NCBI GenBank assembly: GCA_951406725.2
Contig: OX597823.1
Span: forward strand, 79,980,001 to 80,044,000
Direction of reading: 5' to 3'
Length of the DNA: 64,000 nt
Source of the DNA: Octopus vulgaris
Taxonomy: Eukaryota
The notes under the pieces were generated by a model. The model searched no databases and was not told the DNA's origin. It was given only the letters and a program-made list of their open reading frames with translations. The position numbers were made by a program, and so were the translations under genes. The first letter of the stretch is position 1; each line of letters opens with the position of its first letter. Shown here in pieces: positions 13,019 through 27,613 of the stretch.

Positions 13019-14324
13019 AAAGAATTATTATAATAATTCCTTCTAATTGCAGCAATTTTAAGGGAAAGCGATCAAGCGATTAATCAACCCAGTATTTGAG
13101 TGGTATTTAATTTTATCGAAAGTTGATCGTAGCAAGATTTGAAGTTAGAACGTAAAGAGCCGGAAATAATGATAGTAGTAGTGGTTGTGGTGGTGGTTTT
13201 GGCACAAGGCCCGCAATTTCGGGGCAGGGTTTAAATCGATTAAATCGACCCTTGTATACAACTGGTACTTCTTTTTATATTAATACAAGAAAAAAAAAAA
13301 ACACAGAGAGTTAATCAAGTGTTCGCGACCGGAAAACGCGCCTCTAAAGTAAAACGATTCACCCTATCCTCACTCGCTACTTTTTCAAGTTTTCAAGCAT
13401 CTATGTTTCTACCCTCACATTACTTATAAAATAATGCTAATAGAAGTTGTTGAGAACTTAGCAGAATTTGAAAAACTCTATCGTCGCTTTTAAAATATCT
13501 TCGGGCACTTTTTAAATATTGTGTTTTTTCTATAGCTACCAGTTAGGAGGTAAAACTGCATGACCTCCTTTGCGAGATGGTGAGGCAAAGTTTATTATAG
13601 ATTCTTCTGACAGTCAGATACGCCCTACATGCAGCAACAGCTGTTCGACATAACTCCGCAAATCAGCAATGAGAAAGAAAAAAAAATGGAACAAGCGCAT
13701 GTAAAAAGGCTTCGTCGCTCGACACGCAACTCGGACACTTCCGGCTGATAATAATAAATAACGACAACAATGCAATGTCTGTTCCAAGAATATTTTTTCC
13801 AAATATTTTTGCTAATTTATACTTCAACGTATCTATTTACTAGAGTGATAATTGTAACAAATCCTGGTGCCTTCGATAAAGATTCTATCGTATTTTGGAG
13901 ACATTTGCTAGACTCTTAATCGGTTGTTTTAACTGGGTTATTTATTGTTGCTGCACTTGGTGTTGTTATGGTGTTGTTTCGATGACTAACCTAGCAGACA
14001 CGTCTAAAATACTTAATTCTTCATTGATTAGTATGGTGACATAATGTCGTCTCAAACCAATTCCTGATTCTCCGATGTCAATATGTATATAGCCATCGCA
14101 TGCATTAGCATATCATTTTATAGAAATAAAAGCAAAAGGGAGTGTCGGACGAGGTTCTTTCCGTTATTATTTCCGGTTCTTTGCATTCTGAGTTCAAATC
14201 CCACCGTGGCCTACATGGGTGGTAACCATAATCCAAAATCCGTTTGATCCCATCACTTGATCCTTCAATGTCTCTAGCGCAGTTGAAAGTTCCGGGTTTC
14301 GGGATGCCTCTTTCCTTCCCCATT

Positions 14325-14476
14325 ATTTTGATATTTTTGCTGCTTTTTAATAAACCATATCAATAACTTCTAAACTCTACCTCTAGGATTCGAGTACTAT
14401 TTTTTCCACTTTATTTCGCAATTATGTGCCTGCTTTGATATATAAATATCTATATGTGTGTGTATGTGTGTGTGTC

Positions 14477-14515
<39 letters not shown>

Positions 14516-14742
14516 ATGTATGTATGTATGTATTTATGTATGTATATAAAATACATTTATACAAATACTTCCTAAAGAACTACACCACGTCCCTAATTCC
14601 CTTCCAAAAGAGCTACTGGATAAAAGTGTCACAAAATACTTCATTTCTATATCAAAGTAACATGTGAAAGACATTAAGCACTCCTATACTTAAAGAGAAA
14701 TGTTAAGTCTTAGAAAGAAAATGTGAGATGCCAATCATGGAA
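14325..14742 (+). repeat. Direct duplication, copy 1 (copy 2 at 16183-16540)
   Basis: About 200 bp of near-identical non-repeat sequence (CCTAAAGAACTACACCACGTCCC...GAGATGCCAATCATG) plus the upstream PLE-like tail. Confidence 0.9.
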
Positions 14743-15073
14743 AATCTATCTGCACAATTTAACATATAGGCATTAGTCTACATATGGATGCTTGCCTGGA
14801 AGTTTTTGTATAAGTAAATATGTTGTATATACAAGCCTGAAATATTCTTATAGGAAAATTAACTATATAAACGTAAATCAAAAGGGTATATATATGCACA
14901 ACATTATTCTGGAAGGTTATCGAAGAAGGGCTTATTTCAAAACATACACAGATATGGAAACGTGACTACACGTTCTCTAATAAATCACGATAAAGAAAAT
15001 ACAGGCAAACACACGCACATACAAACTTACACATACCACACACACTCATTATATATATATATATATATATATA

Positions 15074-15466
15074 CTAGCAGTATCGCCCGGCGTTGCTCGG
15101 GTTTGTAAGGGGAATAACTATATAAGCATTTTTAGAGATGTAAAGTATAATAGCCATCTCAATATGGCTAACCACAAAGGGGGGTGTTACTGTAGCTTTT
15201 TACGTTCTGAGATTTAATAATAAATTTTTAGAGAGTTACTTCCCTTATATATGCCAAAAATGCATTAAAAATGGGAAAAATTGATGGTAATTTTTTTTTT
15301 AAATCGTAGACTCATCGTAGACGTGCGCTAATACCCAGAAGGGCTCGATATAAATCACGACTATAAGATACCCGGTTTTGGTTAAACTGCACCACAAAAT
15401 GTGGGAGTAGTTAGGAATCTAAATCGTAGGAGACAGACACTCACACAACTTCACTTTTATATATAT

Positions 15467-15469
<3 letters not shown>
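15074..15469 (-). mobile_element. Non-autonomous Helitron
   Basis: Reverse strand starts TCTATATATATAAAA and ends with hairpin CCCGAGCAACGCCGGG then CTAG; same 3' end as 43307-43698. Confidence 0.8.
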
Positions 15470-15522
<53 letters not shown>

Positions 15523-15955
15523 TAATGTTATTGCTATTATCAACTATTTATATTGCCTTCGATAATACTAGCAATATTAATATCTATATAAAAATTCACT
15601 CTTGAATATTTGCCCCTGACTAGTATTTTTCAAACTGAGGCTGTCCTTTGTTTTGGCATAAAGCAATTCAGGACGCCAGGAGGCTTCAACATAGCGGGCT
15701 GCGAAAATTTTTCAAACGGTTAATACGTGCTAATGATGGTAAGATTGTTATATCGAACCAAAAACCGATTCACGTGTATACTTATACCTAGAAATATATA
15801 ACTACATGCAATATAGATATGTAAAAGATATTTTTCGATACGTTCGCCAGAGTACTGTAGATTATGTTATTATTTTCAGTGTTATTTTAGGTTGTTTGAA
15901 CGAGGGTTTTAACACTTATCTCTAGGGGGCAGATATATTTATGTGTCCTTATCAT

Positions 15956-16028
<73 letters not shown>

Positions 16029-16044
16029 AATAAAGTATATTTAT

Positions 16045-16290
16045 ATAATATACTTTATTAAAAAGCAACAGAAATGTCACAAAAAATTGTTACTCAGCGT
16101 TTCACGTTCCCGTTCATCGGACAGTTTTGCACCATTCTCAACAAAACTCCGACGAACGGGAACGTGAAACTCTGAGTAACAGATTTTGTGATATTTTTGA
16201 TGCTTTTTAATAAAGCATATTATTCTACCTCTGGTATCAGAGTACTATCAGAGTACTACAACTTGTTTCGCAATTATGTCCTTACTCTGC
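16045..16290. mobile_element. Penelope-like terminal repeat in inverted arrangement, one hammerhead-like motif per arm
   Basis: Arms 16045-16129 and 16142-16223; each reads CCGAYGA-ACG-GGAA-CGT-GAAA-C(T/G)CTGAG-TA-ACA; AATAAA downstream. Confidence 0.7.
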
Positions 16291-16851
16291 TATGTATATA
16301 TATATAAATATATATATGTATTTATGTATGTATATTCATAACTACATACATTTACACAAATTCTGCCTAAAGAACTACACCACGTCCCTAATTCCCTTCC
16401 AAAAGACCTACTGGATAAAAGTGTCACAAAATACTTCATTTTTATATCAAAGTAACATGCAAAAGACATTAAGCACTCCTATACTTAAAGAAAAATGTAG
16501 TAAAGATTTAGAAAGAAAATGTGAGATGCCAATCATGAAAAGAAAGTATTTTCCCAAGGTTTATATTTTAGAAAAATGGTCAACAGCAGATTTTTAATAA
16601 ATGCAGTGGAATTGTGTCAAGTCGGTAACGAAATTTTTTGACATATTATAGTACGAGATGCTATTGAGATATAAATATGTAAAGCAATATGTATATTTAA
16701 AATGGCTGCTCCAACTATGCGACGGTATAATTGCATCAGTTTACACAGAAAGTTAGATCAGATCAAGATCAAGTCTCTTTCTAAAAAATGTAGGACTCCA
16801 ATGTATATATGTATGTATACATGTATGTATGTATGTATGTATGTATGTATG

Positions 16852-16882
<31 letters not shown>

Positions 16883-17071
16883 GTGTGTGCGTATGTATGC
16901 ATGCATGTATGTGTGTATGTATGCATGTATTACGTATGTATGTATGTATGTACGTATAGCTGCATACAACTAGCTATATAGCTAGTTAGCTTCATAGATA
17001 GAGAGAGATATGCATATATATATATATATATAAAACACATATGTGCATGCATGTATTGTTGTTGTTATTAT

Positions 17072-17476
17072 ACAGGAGGAGCTGTATGGTAAGAAACTTG
17101 CTTCCCAACCACATGGTACGGTCTTTCAGTCCAATTGCGTGTCACCTTGGGCAAGTGTCTTCTACTATAACCTCGGGCCGATCAAAGCCTTGTGAGTGGA
17201 CTTGGTAGACGGAAAGCCCGTCGTATATATGTGTATATATATATGTATGTATGTTGGTATGTATCTTTTGCGTTTGTATTTGTCCCCCCCACCATCGCTT
17301 GACAACCGCTGTTGGTGTGTTTACGCCTGCATAGCCCTGCGGCTCGTCAAAAGGTCCGATGAAATAAATACTAGGTTTACAAAGAATAACACTTGGTGTC
17401 GATTCGTTCGACTAGAGGCGGTGCTCCAGCATGGCCGCAGTCAAAATGACTGAAACACTTAAAAGAATAAAAGAAA
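17072..17476 (+). mobile_element. SINE family A (diverged)
   Basis: Homology to the consensus from head to tail. Confidence 0.85.
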
Positions 17477-17617
17477 TACGTGCAACGGCGATTGCTGGCT
17501 ATTTGTCTTCATTAATCACAAAAGGAAATTCAAAAAGATTTCGAAGTCATTGCTAGCAATATAAACGTTTTAGGCCCATACTATATCCTACTTTAGTTTT
17601 ACTTCTCTAAATAATAC

Positions 17618-17752
<135 letters not shown>

Positions 17753-18229
17753 TGCATTCAGAGACGGCAGATGAGAAAGAGCAAGAAAAAGAAATCCACA
17801 TACACTGTTCACTATACATAATAACCATGTAGTGCGTAATATTTGTTGGTATGTACGCATGCATGCATGCTCGTATGTGTGTATAGACACGCATAATTTA
17901 TTTGATATCTTGAATCAGGCTTTTGGGGAATATTAAAGGCTGCTTTGTTTCTCTAGAAATATTACATCAACCTTTCAATTGATGTTTGTTGTTGTACATA
18001 CATACATCAATACTTATATACATGCGCATTTATATATACATGTGTGTGTGGACATATATATGTATATATATGCATATATATATATATATATATATATAGG
18101 TATATATATGTATATGTGTGTGTGCGTATGTATATATGTGTGTATGAATGTGTGCGTATGTATGTATATATATGTATACATATTCAGTAAGGCATATATA
18201 ATCTGTAAGTCCTAGAAAGGAGGTATTGC

Positions 18230-18620
18230 TATTATATTTATTCTTTCATTGCGATCATTTCAACAATACATGCTTCAGATAAATCATGAATATAGCAGTT
18301 GATTATGTAATAGTACTGCTTTCTGATCTTCCTCTGACGATATGGCTTTGGATCATATGTTGTAATTTTGCATGGTTATTATTTATATTTATAATTTGTC
18401 TGCACCATGTATTATTGAAACGATCGTATAGAAGGAACAAATGCACTACCAGTTCCTGCATTTTGGGATTTACTCTATCATACACCACAACTAGCAATTT
18501 CTCCCTGAAATTTCAGTTTTTATGAAACGTTTTCCTGTAACGCATTTCAGTCTGTACTCTACTGCTCCTTCGGTGGGCATACCTGTTCTTTTTAATAAAT
18601 TCAGGTCAGCGCTGATTGAT
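18230..18620 (-). pseudogene. Decayed LINE (RTE-like) AP-endonuclease fragment
   Basis: Minus-strand DGLGVGETH motif and weak downstream similarity; many stops. Confidence 0.3.
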
Positions 18621-19717
18621 AGGATCTACGATCAAATGTGTTTCACCTACGCCTAATCCATCTTTTTATATATCAGGAATGACATTACCGAATATATACT
18701 TTTACAGGATAGATGCGCGATTTGAAGAAAATTTCGCTGCTATTTTTAAAAGGTCAAGCAATCAAGTAAAGCCCATCTCTCATTGGCTTGAGAGTAATGG
18801 ATTATTCTGTGTAGGCAGAAAAGTGTGTTTTTTTTATATGTACCTCCGGTTCCTAAAAAAAGCCGTAGTGGTGTTCATGCTTTTCCCAAAATATTAACGA
18901 TTGATATCGAATCAGTATTAAAACAGATACATGAATTCGACATGCCCAAGTGTTTACAATCAACTGCAGAAGAATGTGTAAGCCATTCTTTAACCTGGTG
19001 GATAAGTATTTCATAACATAGTTCAACAAGAAACGGCCCCATATTCAAGTTAACGATTGCCCAACCATTCCACCGTTTCACTTCAAAGACAGTGCTGTAT
19101 AAATTATTAATTCAAAGGCTATACATTTGGTAAAGTTCTCTCTACCCACAAGGGGTTTTAGTGCTGCCTTTGAGCTGCAATCTAAACACACTTTAGGGGA
19201 TAAAATTAAAAATTAAAAAGTTTGAAGTCTTAGGTTGAAATACATAGACCTTGAAGAAAGAATATCATTCCGTGTGAAAAGCCGAGACACAATTAATTCT
19301 TTGATCTGATCGACCAACCATACTCAGGAACTAACCGCGGAACGATGACTTTTATTCACTTATCAAAACTACAAAGCATGTGGTATAGATGACATTCTTT
19401 TTTTCTCTTTATATATCTGCTGTTCATAAATTTTAATGGAATACATGCGAGTATACATGCGTGTATCGTATGTGCATGTATTTACGTAGATTCGTTATGT
19501 TTTGAGTGTTGGTAGGAAACATCATTCTTGGGAGTGTGGACTGCTTTCCGCAACACAAATGTGCTGAAGTTTCCGTTTACGTGTACGCGCGCACATGCCC
19601 CCCCACACACACACACACACAATACACACACACACACACACATAAACACACACACGTACACACATAATACACACACATGCACAGACACACGCACCCAGAT
19701 AGTCACAAACACACTCA

Positions 19718-19839
<122 letters not shown>

Positions 19840-20260
19840 CATATATACATATATATGTAAATATATATATATATACCCACATACATACATATGTATACAT
19901 GTATGTATATGTATGTTCATATATATATAGAGAAAAACAGAGGGAGAAGGAGGGAGAGAGAATAGATATACATATATATATATATATATATACACACATA
20001 CATACGTCGCACATACATATACGCATACACACAAATATAGCGTTGTGTGTGTGTATGTCTGTGCGCGCGCGTTTGTGTGTTATATTGTGTACGTGTGCGG
20101 GCGCATTTTCTGAAAAGTATTATATAATTTTGATGGATTACTAATCATCGCTTCGATTTCATTCAAGTTTGTGCCCAGCAAATTGAAACCTTCTTTCCCC
20201 GCGCCAGTAAATTTGTCTGGAAAATGTTCAGGTATGTATTACAACACTAATAAATTATGC

Positions 20261-20306
<46 letters not shown>

Positions 20307-20341
20307 ATATATATATCTATATATATATATATATATATATA

Positions 20342-20386
<45 letters not shown>

Positions 20387-20574
20387 TGCAAAAAATTAAT
20401 AAAAATCGGGAGAGTACCACTGAAACTGTATCCCAAATTAAAACTGGAATGGAGTTTAAATCTAAGACAGTATTTCTAGTCGATATTAACGGGAGCAAAA
20501 CGTGAACCGGCAATTCTGTCTTAAATGATACGTCTCTGTTCCTCTACATTATATATATATACATGCGTATATAC

Positions 20575-20608
<34 letters not shown>

Positions 20609-20793
20609 GTCACATTTTTCTCTCCGTTTTTTTTTTTCATTCTCACTCCATTTTTTCTCCAAAGTCTTTCTGCCGAAGAGCATAGGCTCGAAACGTAAAG
20701 GACTTTTTCATTTTTCCTGGGCGTTAAACTAATACACCTGCGTGTTGTTCCTGCATCTGTTTTCGTCTTTTGTTTTCTGTAAATTTGAACTAT
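20609..20793 (+). mobile_element. Short Penelope-like non-autonomous element between microsatellites
   Basis: Related to 31545-31709, 35652-35809, 29050-29155 and 55700-55946; contains a hammerhead-like motif. Confidence 0.65.
20661..20706 (+). ncRNA. Minimal type-I hammerhead-ribozyme-like motif (A6C variant)
   Basis: AAAGTCTTT-CTGCCGA-A-GAGC-ATAG-GCTC-GAAA-CG-TA-AAGGACTTT: 9-bp stem I, 4-bp stem II, palindromic ACGT stem III. Confidence 0.6.
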
Positions 20794-20898
20794 ACATACA
20801 TACATACATACATACATACATACATACATACATACATACATACATACATACATACATACATACATACATACATACATACATACATACATACATACATG

Positions 20899-20937
<39 letters not shown>

Positions 20938-21414
20938 ATATATATACACACCCATACACATACATACACGCATATATATATATAACAGTTTTCATGGACT
21001 CTTTTTTCTTTAGGTGTTTGTGTGTGAGTGTGTATGTATGTGTGTGTGTGCGTGTAAAGAAAATGATTCAATGGAAACTGGAGATGTTCATATGACATAG
21101 AGTAGTATTTGAGTGTTTATCATTTAGTATGCCATGTGGTGATTTAGCTGGAAACGTTTCAAGACTGACTGCTCGTCCGAGAAAAAAAGCATTGCTTCCA
21201 CTGAGATGAGGCGCCAGTTTCAAAATATCAATATCCTTTTCACAGCATACGAGCTTATCTGAATTCTTTACGTATAACCATGGTGTTTACTAAGTCTTAT
21301 AAATTTACGGGTTTTCAGTTGTAAAACATTAATTTCTAATGGTATTATCATTTTCTTCGTTTGTATCATCCCTTTTATTGGAAACAGTTCGCAAGTCTTT
21401 CTGCTACATGATAA

Positions 21415-21806
21415 TTTCTATTATAGGCACAAGGCATGAAATTTTTGGGGAGGAGGACAGTCGATTAGATCGACCCCAGTACGCAACTGGTACTTAATTT
21501 ATCGACCCTGAAAAGACAAAGTCGACCTCGGCGGAATTTGAACTCGGAACGTAACTAACTGCAGAGGAAATACCTATTTCTTTGCTACCCACAAGGGGCT
21601 AAACACAGAGAGGACAAACAAGGAAAGACAAACGGATTAAGTCGATTATATCGACCCCAGTGCGTAACTGGTAATTATTTAATCGACCCCGAAAAGATGA
21701 AAGGCAAAGTCGACTTCGGCGGAATTTGAACTCAGAACGTAACGGCAGACGAAATACAGCTACGTATTTAGCCCGGCATGCTAACGTTTCTGCCAGCTGG
21801 CCGCCT
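21415..21806 (-). mobile_element. SINE family B, dimeric
   Basis: Head at 21806; body repeated twice across the junction AAAGAAATAGGTATTTC. Confidence 0.85.
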
Positions 21807-21849
21807 TTCTTTCTGTTATATGATGTAATCAACTGGCAGAAGGAAGATT

Positions 21850-22200
21850 AAGGCGACTCCATTATTGCAGTTCCATTTAGACTGAAGAACTGGGATGGTT
21901 GAATATTTACATCGGATTTTATTGGAGAAGTATTTGATTGTTAAACGTAGGTGTAAAAGGGAAATTTCTTTAAGAATTACTTCTAGAGGTGCTGCGTTGG
22001 GTAAAGTATTCAACAGAGGAAGTGTGACAGTTCCGGATACTAGACTTAGATGGGTGTGATATATTTTATTAGGGTGTGGGTTTTGGTTTTGTTAAACCAA
22101 TCAAATGTGTTTGTCATAAGTTTGCAAATGCTGTAGGCAGCGGTTAATTTGAGTCAGCTTTTGAATGAATTTTGGGATGGTACGTTCTTCCCATAAGGTG
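21850..22200 (-). pseudogene. Possible decayed LINE reverse-transcriptase C-terminal fragment
   Basis: A/C-rich minus strand; peptide TLPNAAPLEVILKEISLLHLRL loosely resembles the TTP..ALEV...L.LR region of I-group LINEs. Confidence 0.25.
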
Positions 22201-22361
22201 AAAAATTCCAGGGATTTTACGAACCAAAACATAATACACGAAATTATTATGTCTATAGTAATTTTCACTATTTCTCAACTTACTGTTAATCATTGGCTAG
22301 AGTGTGATTCCAAAGCGAACTTAAAACAGTTGGCCTTTATATAGGATATATTACTAGTTAA

Positions 22362-22655
22362 GTGGAGGCACAATGGCCCAGTGGTTAGGGCAGCGGACTT
22401 GCAGTTGGAGGATTGCGGTTTCGATTCCCAGACCGGGCGCTGTGTGTTTATTGAGCGAGAACACCTAAAGCTCCACGAGGCTCCGACAGGGGGGGGGGGC
22501 GATCCCTGTTATACTCTTTCACTCCAGCTTTCTCTCACTCTTCCTTCAGGTTTCTTGAGTAACGCTGCGATGGACTGGGGGAACACATACGACATAGAAA
22601 CCGGGAAACCGGGCCCATGAGCCTGGTTAGGCTTGAAAAGGGCGCATAAATAAAA
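22362..22655 (+). mobile_element. SINE family C
   Basis: A box TGGCCCAGTGG, B box GGTTTCGATTCC, CTGCGATGGACTGG, GAAACCGGGAAACCGG, A-rich tail. Confidence 0.8.
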
Positions 22656-23379
22656 AATATATATATTACGATTCAAACGGTTTAGCATTTATGAATTTTA
22701 AAAGAGAAATGAATGAAGGAACAAATAAATGGATAAATAAATGGATAAATAGATTTTTTAAATGCTTTCATTTGGGATTAACGTAATTCTATACGGCGAA
22801 GAAAGTCTCTGAGAAAAAACATCATTATTATCATTATTGTTATTATATTCTAATTGGCAAGCTTACTTCTTGTCACGAGTTATAGATATTGGTCTGACAG
22901 CACTGCACCAACATTACTTCACTTCCCTCGGGAAGTTATTCAAACAATCATCGTTGTCCGACTATAGCAGCTAAAGGGTGTTGTTCTCCTCCATCTAATG
23001 TAGCTTTTCATTAATTGTCGTCTCGTTTCTGGGTAATTAGAGCAGGTTATCTGATAGATTTGAACTGATTAGAGCGCAGAGAACCGTAACAAATATCAAA
23101 AGGCATTATATTTAAAGTTCTAATAATTTGTTACACAAGCCTCAGTATGGCTATGTGGTTAAAATATTTCATTGCACAATCAAGTGGATTTGATTTCGAT
23201 CCCATTGAGCAAAACCTTGCCTACATCTCTTTTAACGTAGCCTCATGAAGATCAGTACCTCACCAGTGGAACTTGGTCATGTGTGTGAGTCTGTGTGCTT
23301 CTATACTCACACACACACATGCTCTGTCAATTTTGCCAGTTGTTATACGTGTGCATATGCATATGCATATGCATGTGTG

Positions 23380-23472
<93 letters not shown>

Positions 23473-23474
<2 letters not shown>

Positions 23475-23644
23475 GCGCAGGAGTGGCTGCGTGGTAAGTA
23501 GCTTGCTAACAAGCCACATGGTTCCGGGTTCAGTCCCAATGCGTGGCATCTTGGGCAAGTGTCTTCTGCTATAGCCCCGGGCCGACCAATGCCTTGTGAG
23601 TGGATTTGGTAGACGGAAACTGAAAGAAGCCTGTCGTATATATG

Positions 23645-23675
<31 letters not shown>

Positions 23676-23885
23676 TTGTGTGTCTGTGTTTGTCACCCTA
23701 GTATTGCTTGACAACCGATGCTGGTGTGTTTACGTCCCCGTCACTTAGCGGTTCGGCCTAAGAGACCGATATAATAAGTACTGGGCTTACAAAGAGTAAG
23801 TCCCGGGGTAGATTTGCTCGACTAAAGGCGGTGCTCCAGCATGGCCGCAGTCAAATGACTGAAACAAGTAAAAGAGTAAAAGAGC
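23473..23885 (+). mobile_element. SINE family A inside a (GATA)n tract
   Basis: Full-length, near-consensus copy with (GATA)n on both sides. Confidence 0.92.
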
Positions 23886-23918
23886 GTATAGATAGACAGA
23901 CGGATAGACAGACAGATT

Positions 23919-23992
<74 letters not shown>

Positions 23993-24030
23993 CAGACAGA
24001 CTGACAGACAGACAGACAGACAGACGGATG

Positions 24031-24100
<70 letters not shown>

Positions 24101-24269
24101 GAACTTTTTTTATTGGCCACACAGGGCTGAAAACAGAGGGGACAAATACAAATATAGAGCTTTTCTTTTCGAAAATGAAAAAAAGGGGGAAAATAAGAAA
24201 AAGGGTAAAATTCCGATCAAGGTAGACGGACACACAGATATGCGGACAGACATGCTGATAAATAAGTAA

Positions 24270-24352
<83 letters not shown>

Positions 24353-25609
24353 CATACATACATACATACATACATACATACATACATACATACATGCATG
24401 CATGCATGCGTACGTACATACATACATACATACATACATACATACATACATACATACATACATACATACATACATACATACATACATACATACGTACATA
24501 CATACATACATACATACATACATACATACATACATACATACATACATAGTGTATATGCTAACCCCAGCAGAATTTGAACTTAAACCATAAGAGTTTGTAA
24601 TTAAATACCACCACCTCCGTTATGCACAGCTACAACCATACCTCTCACTGCTTCGAATGGCACACATTGTCTTCCCACATTGTTAAGAGGTTAATGATTC
24701 ACAAAGGCCGAGAATTTAGATTGAACAATAAACATGCGCCATACATCTCACGTAATAAACACAACATTCAATCAAGCAGATGCTTCATAAATATTACATT
24801 AGCACACTTACATAACGCTCACATGTCCGACGTATCTCTCTTACTCATTCATTCATCCCCTCTCTCCCTCACTCTCTCTCTCTCTCTCTCTTTCTCACTC
24901 TCTCATTCACATACACATGCTAAATACAAATATCCTCCCGTCCTCTCTATCTGTCTCTCTCTGTCACTCTCCCACTCTTTTTCTCCTTCTCTTTCTCTCT
25001 CTTTCTCTTCTGCTTTTCTCGCTCTCACCCGCAAACTAATATTACATTGAAAAAAAATTACATCATTATATTTACATTGTAAATTCCACATCCAAACCAA
25101 CTCTTACTAAAATATCTTGGCTTCAGTTACTCAATAAAATGAAAGGAATTTTTCGAGAAAGGTAATTACGAAATGAATAAATAAATAAATAGATAAATAA
25201 AATTAAACAAATACATAAATAAAAAGAAATAAAAAAAAGCAAACAAGCGCACATAAAACATTAAAAAAAAAGGAAAGAAAAAAACAGAGCATGAATGAAA
25301 ACAAATCCCGAAGCAACAGGAAAAAAATAGGCAAAAAAGCTGTTATAAATACACGTTGAGCATATTGCAAGCTGATGAATAATATTTCTGCGAGAATTTA
25401 ATACTTTAACTAAAAATTCCATGTGAATTTGAGGATGAATCAAGAATAGCTGAGTTAATAAAAATTTACCAAAGCTAATAACTGCAAAACTAGAGTAATA
25501 GTTTTGTTATGATTACACATGGCATTTTCTAACTCGTGGTTTTATTAGCAAATATTTTCCCCAATTTTTATTATTGTTGTCAATATAGATGTGCCTGAAA
25601 GGTCACTGG

Positions 25610-26071
25610 TTTGGCAGAATCATTTAAGTAGGGGAAATGCACTAGTTTGCAATATCTGATTTTATTCTGGCTTTTTATGTTCCGAGATCTAATCCAGCCC
25701 GTGTCAACTTTGTTTTTTATGCCTCTACGGGTGATAAAATAAAATAAACTATCTGTCACGTACTGAGATCGATGATTTAGACTAACTCTTCTCTCCTTAA
25801 ATTTGCGGGTCTCCTCCTTAAATCAGAGTCAATTATTATTATTGGCAGAATCATTAGAGGGGAAGAAATAACATAATTTGTAATATTTCTGTTGTTTTTT
25901 TACTTTTATGTTCCTTGGTCTACTCCCACCAGTGTCAACTTTATCTTTTATTCCTTCGGGTTGATAAAATAAAAATAAAATGAAGTACCTGTTAAGTACT
26001 GGCGTCGAATATTTCGACTTACTTCTCTCCCCTTAAATTTGTGAGTCTTGTGCCTATATCAGAAGCTATTG

Positions 26072-26117
<46 letters not shown>

Positions 26118-26119
26118 CA

Positions 26120-26186
<67 letters not shown>

Positions 26187-26700
26187 CATCATTATTATTA
26201 TAAGATGAAATCTGACAGTATATTTTGCTCAGTATGATGGAAAGTGTCAGCTGTCCACAGCCAGCAGACTAAGGTGAGACTTTTTTTAAAGGTTATCCTT
26301 CAAAAACCCTTCAATAATAATAGGTCATCCTTCAACAAAGGCGTAAGGTGAAAAGCTGACAGAATCGTTAGGATGTTGAAAAAATTGCTTTGCGGTACTC
26401 GATGTTCTGTTTTGTTACATTCTTAGTTCAAATCTACTGAGCTCAACTCTTGCTTTGATCCTGTTTGTATCCATAAAATAAAGAATCAGTCATCTAGAAT
26501 TTATGGTAACCCCCCCCCACCTTCTAAAATTGCTGGCCTTGTGTCAAAATTTGAAACAATTATTAGGATGCGGAGGAACATCAGAGCGTCGAACAAAATG
26601 CATTGCGATATTATTTCTTCTGGCTCTTTACAGTCTAAGTTCAAATTCCGCTGAGGTCAATTTTACCTAAGAAACTAATGAGGACGATAAAAAAATGAAC
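25610..26700 (+). mobile_element. Cluster of about four old SINE family B copies with (TTA)n tails
   Basis: Repeated TGGCAGAATC...GTCAACTT...GATAAAATA...GTAC motifs near 25610, 25842, 26345 and 26565. Confidence 0.6.
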
Positions 26701-26709
26701 CAATATTAT

Positions 26710-26919
26710 ACTCTTTTACTCTTTTACTTGTTTCAGTCATTTGACTGTGGCCATGCTGGAGCACCGCTTTCATTCGAGAAAATCGACCCCAGGACTTATT
26801 CTTTGTAAGCCTAGTACTTATTCTATCGGTCTCTTTTGCCGAACCGCTAAGTTACGGGGACGTAAACACACCAGCATCGGTTGTCAAATGATGTTGTGGG
26901 GACAAACACAGACACACAA

Positions 26920-27001
<82 letters not shown>

Positions 27002-27153
27002 GAGCTTCTTTCCGTTTCCGTCTACCAAATCCACTCACAAGTCTTTGGTCGGCTCGAGGCTATAGTAGAAGGCACTTGGCCAAGGGGCCACGCAGTGGGA
27101 CTGAACCCGGAACCATGTGGTTCGTAAGCAAGCTACTTACCACACAGCCACCC
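26710..27153 (-). mobile_element. SINE family A
   Basis: Full reverse-complement copy. Confidence 0.9.
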
Positions 27154-27539
27154 CTATACCGGATAGCAATTTGATCGCTTTTACTTCCCCTTAAATATGA
27201 GCCATCGAATACAAGTAAAAAAAAACATCATAAAAATATACCCTCAAATATAAAATCTCTTAATGTATTGACTTATGTTTCTTTACGTTGGTGAGACATT
27301 CAAATGTCGTCGCTGTAAACTTTTGTCCCCTTTCGAAGGTTGATAAAATAGGTATAGTTTGAACTCTCAAATTCAGCCTTCCATGGCGCGGAGCATTTTG
27401 AATTTGGAGCAGTTAGTTTAGTTTATATTACATGGAACAATAAAACTTGGGTTGGAAGCATTGAAACATTCTTGAACAATTTTTAAAAGTTTTGTTCAAG
27501 GATTATAAGACTACATATAAATAGATAATGGATGTGTGT

Positions 27540-27613
<74 letters not shown>

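Noticed and set aside
22362-22440. tRNA gene
   Set aside because: A and B boxes are present but there is no complete cloverleaf and the sequence continues into a SINE body; the same applies to 62810-62876
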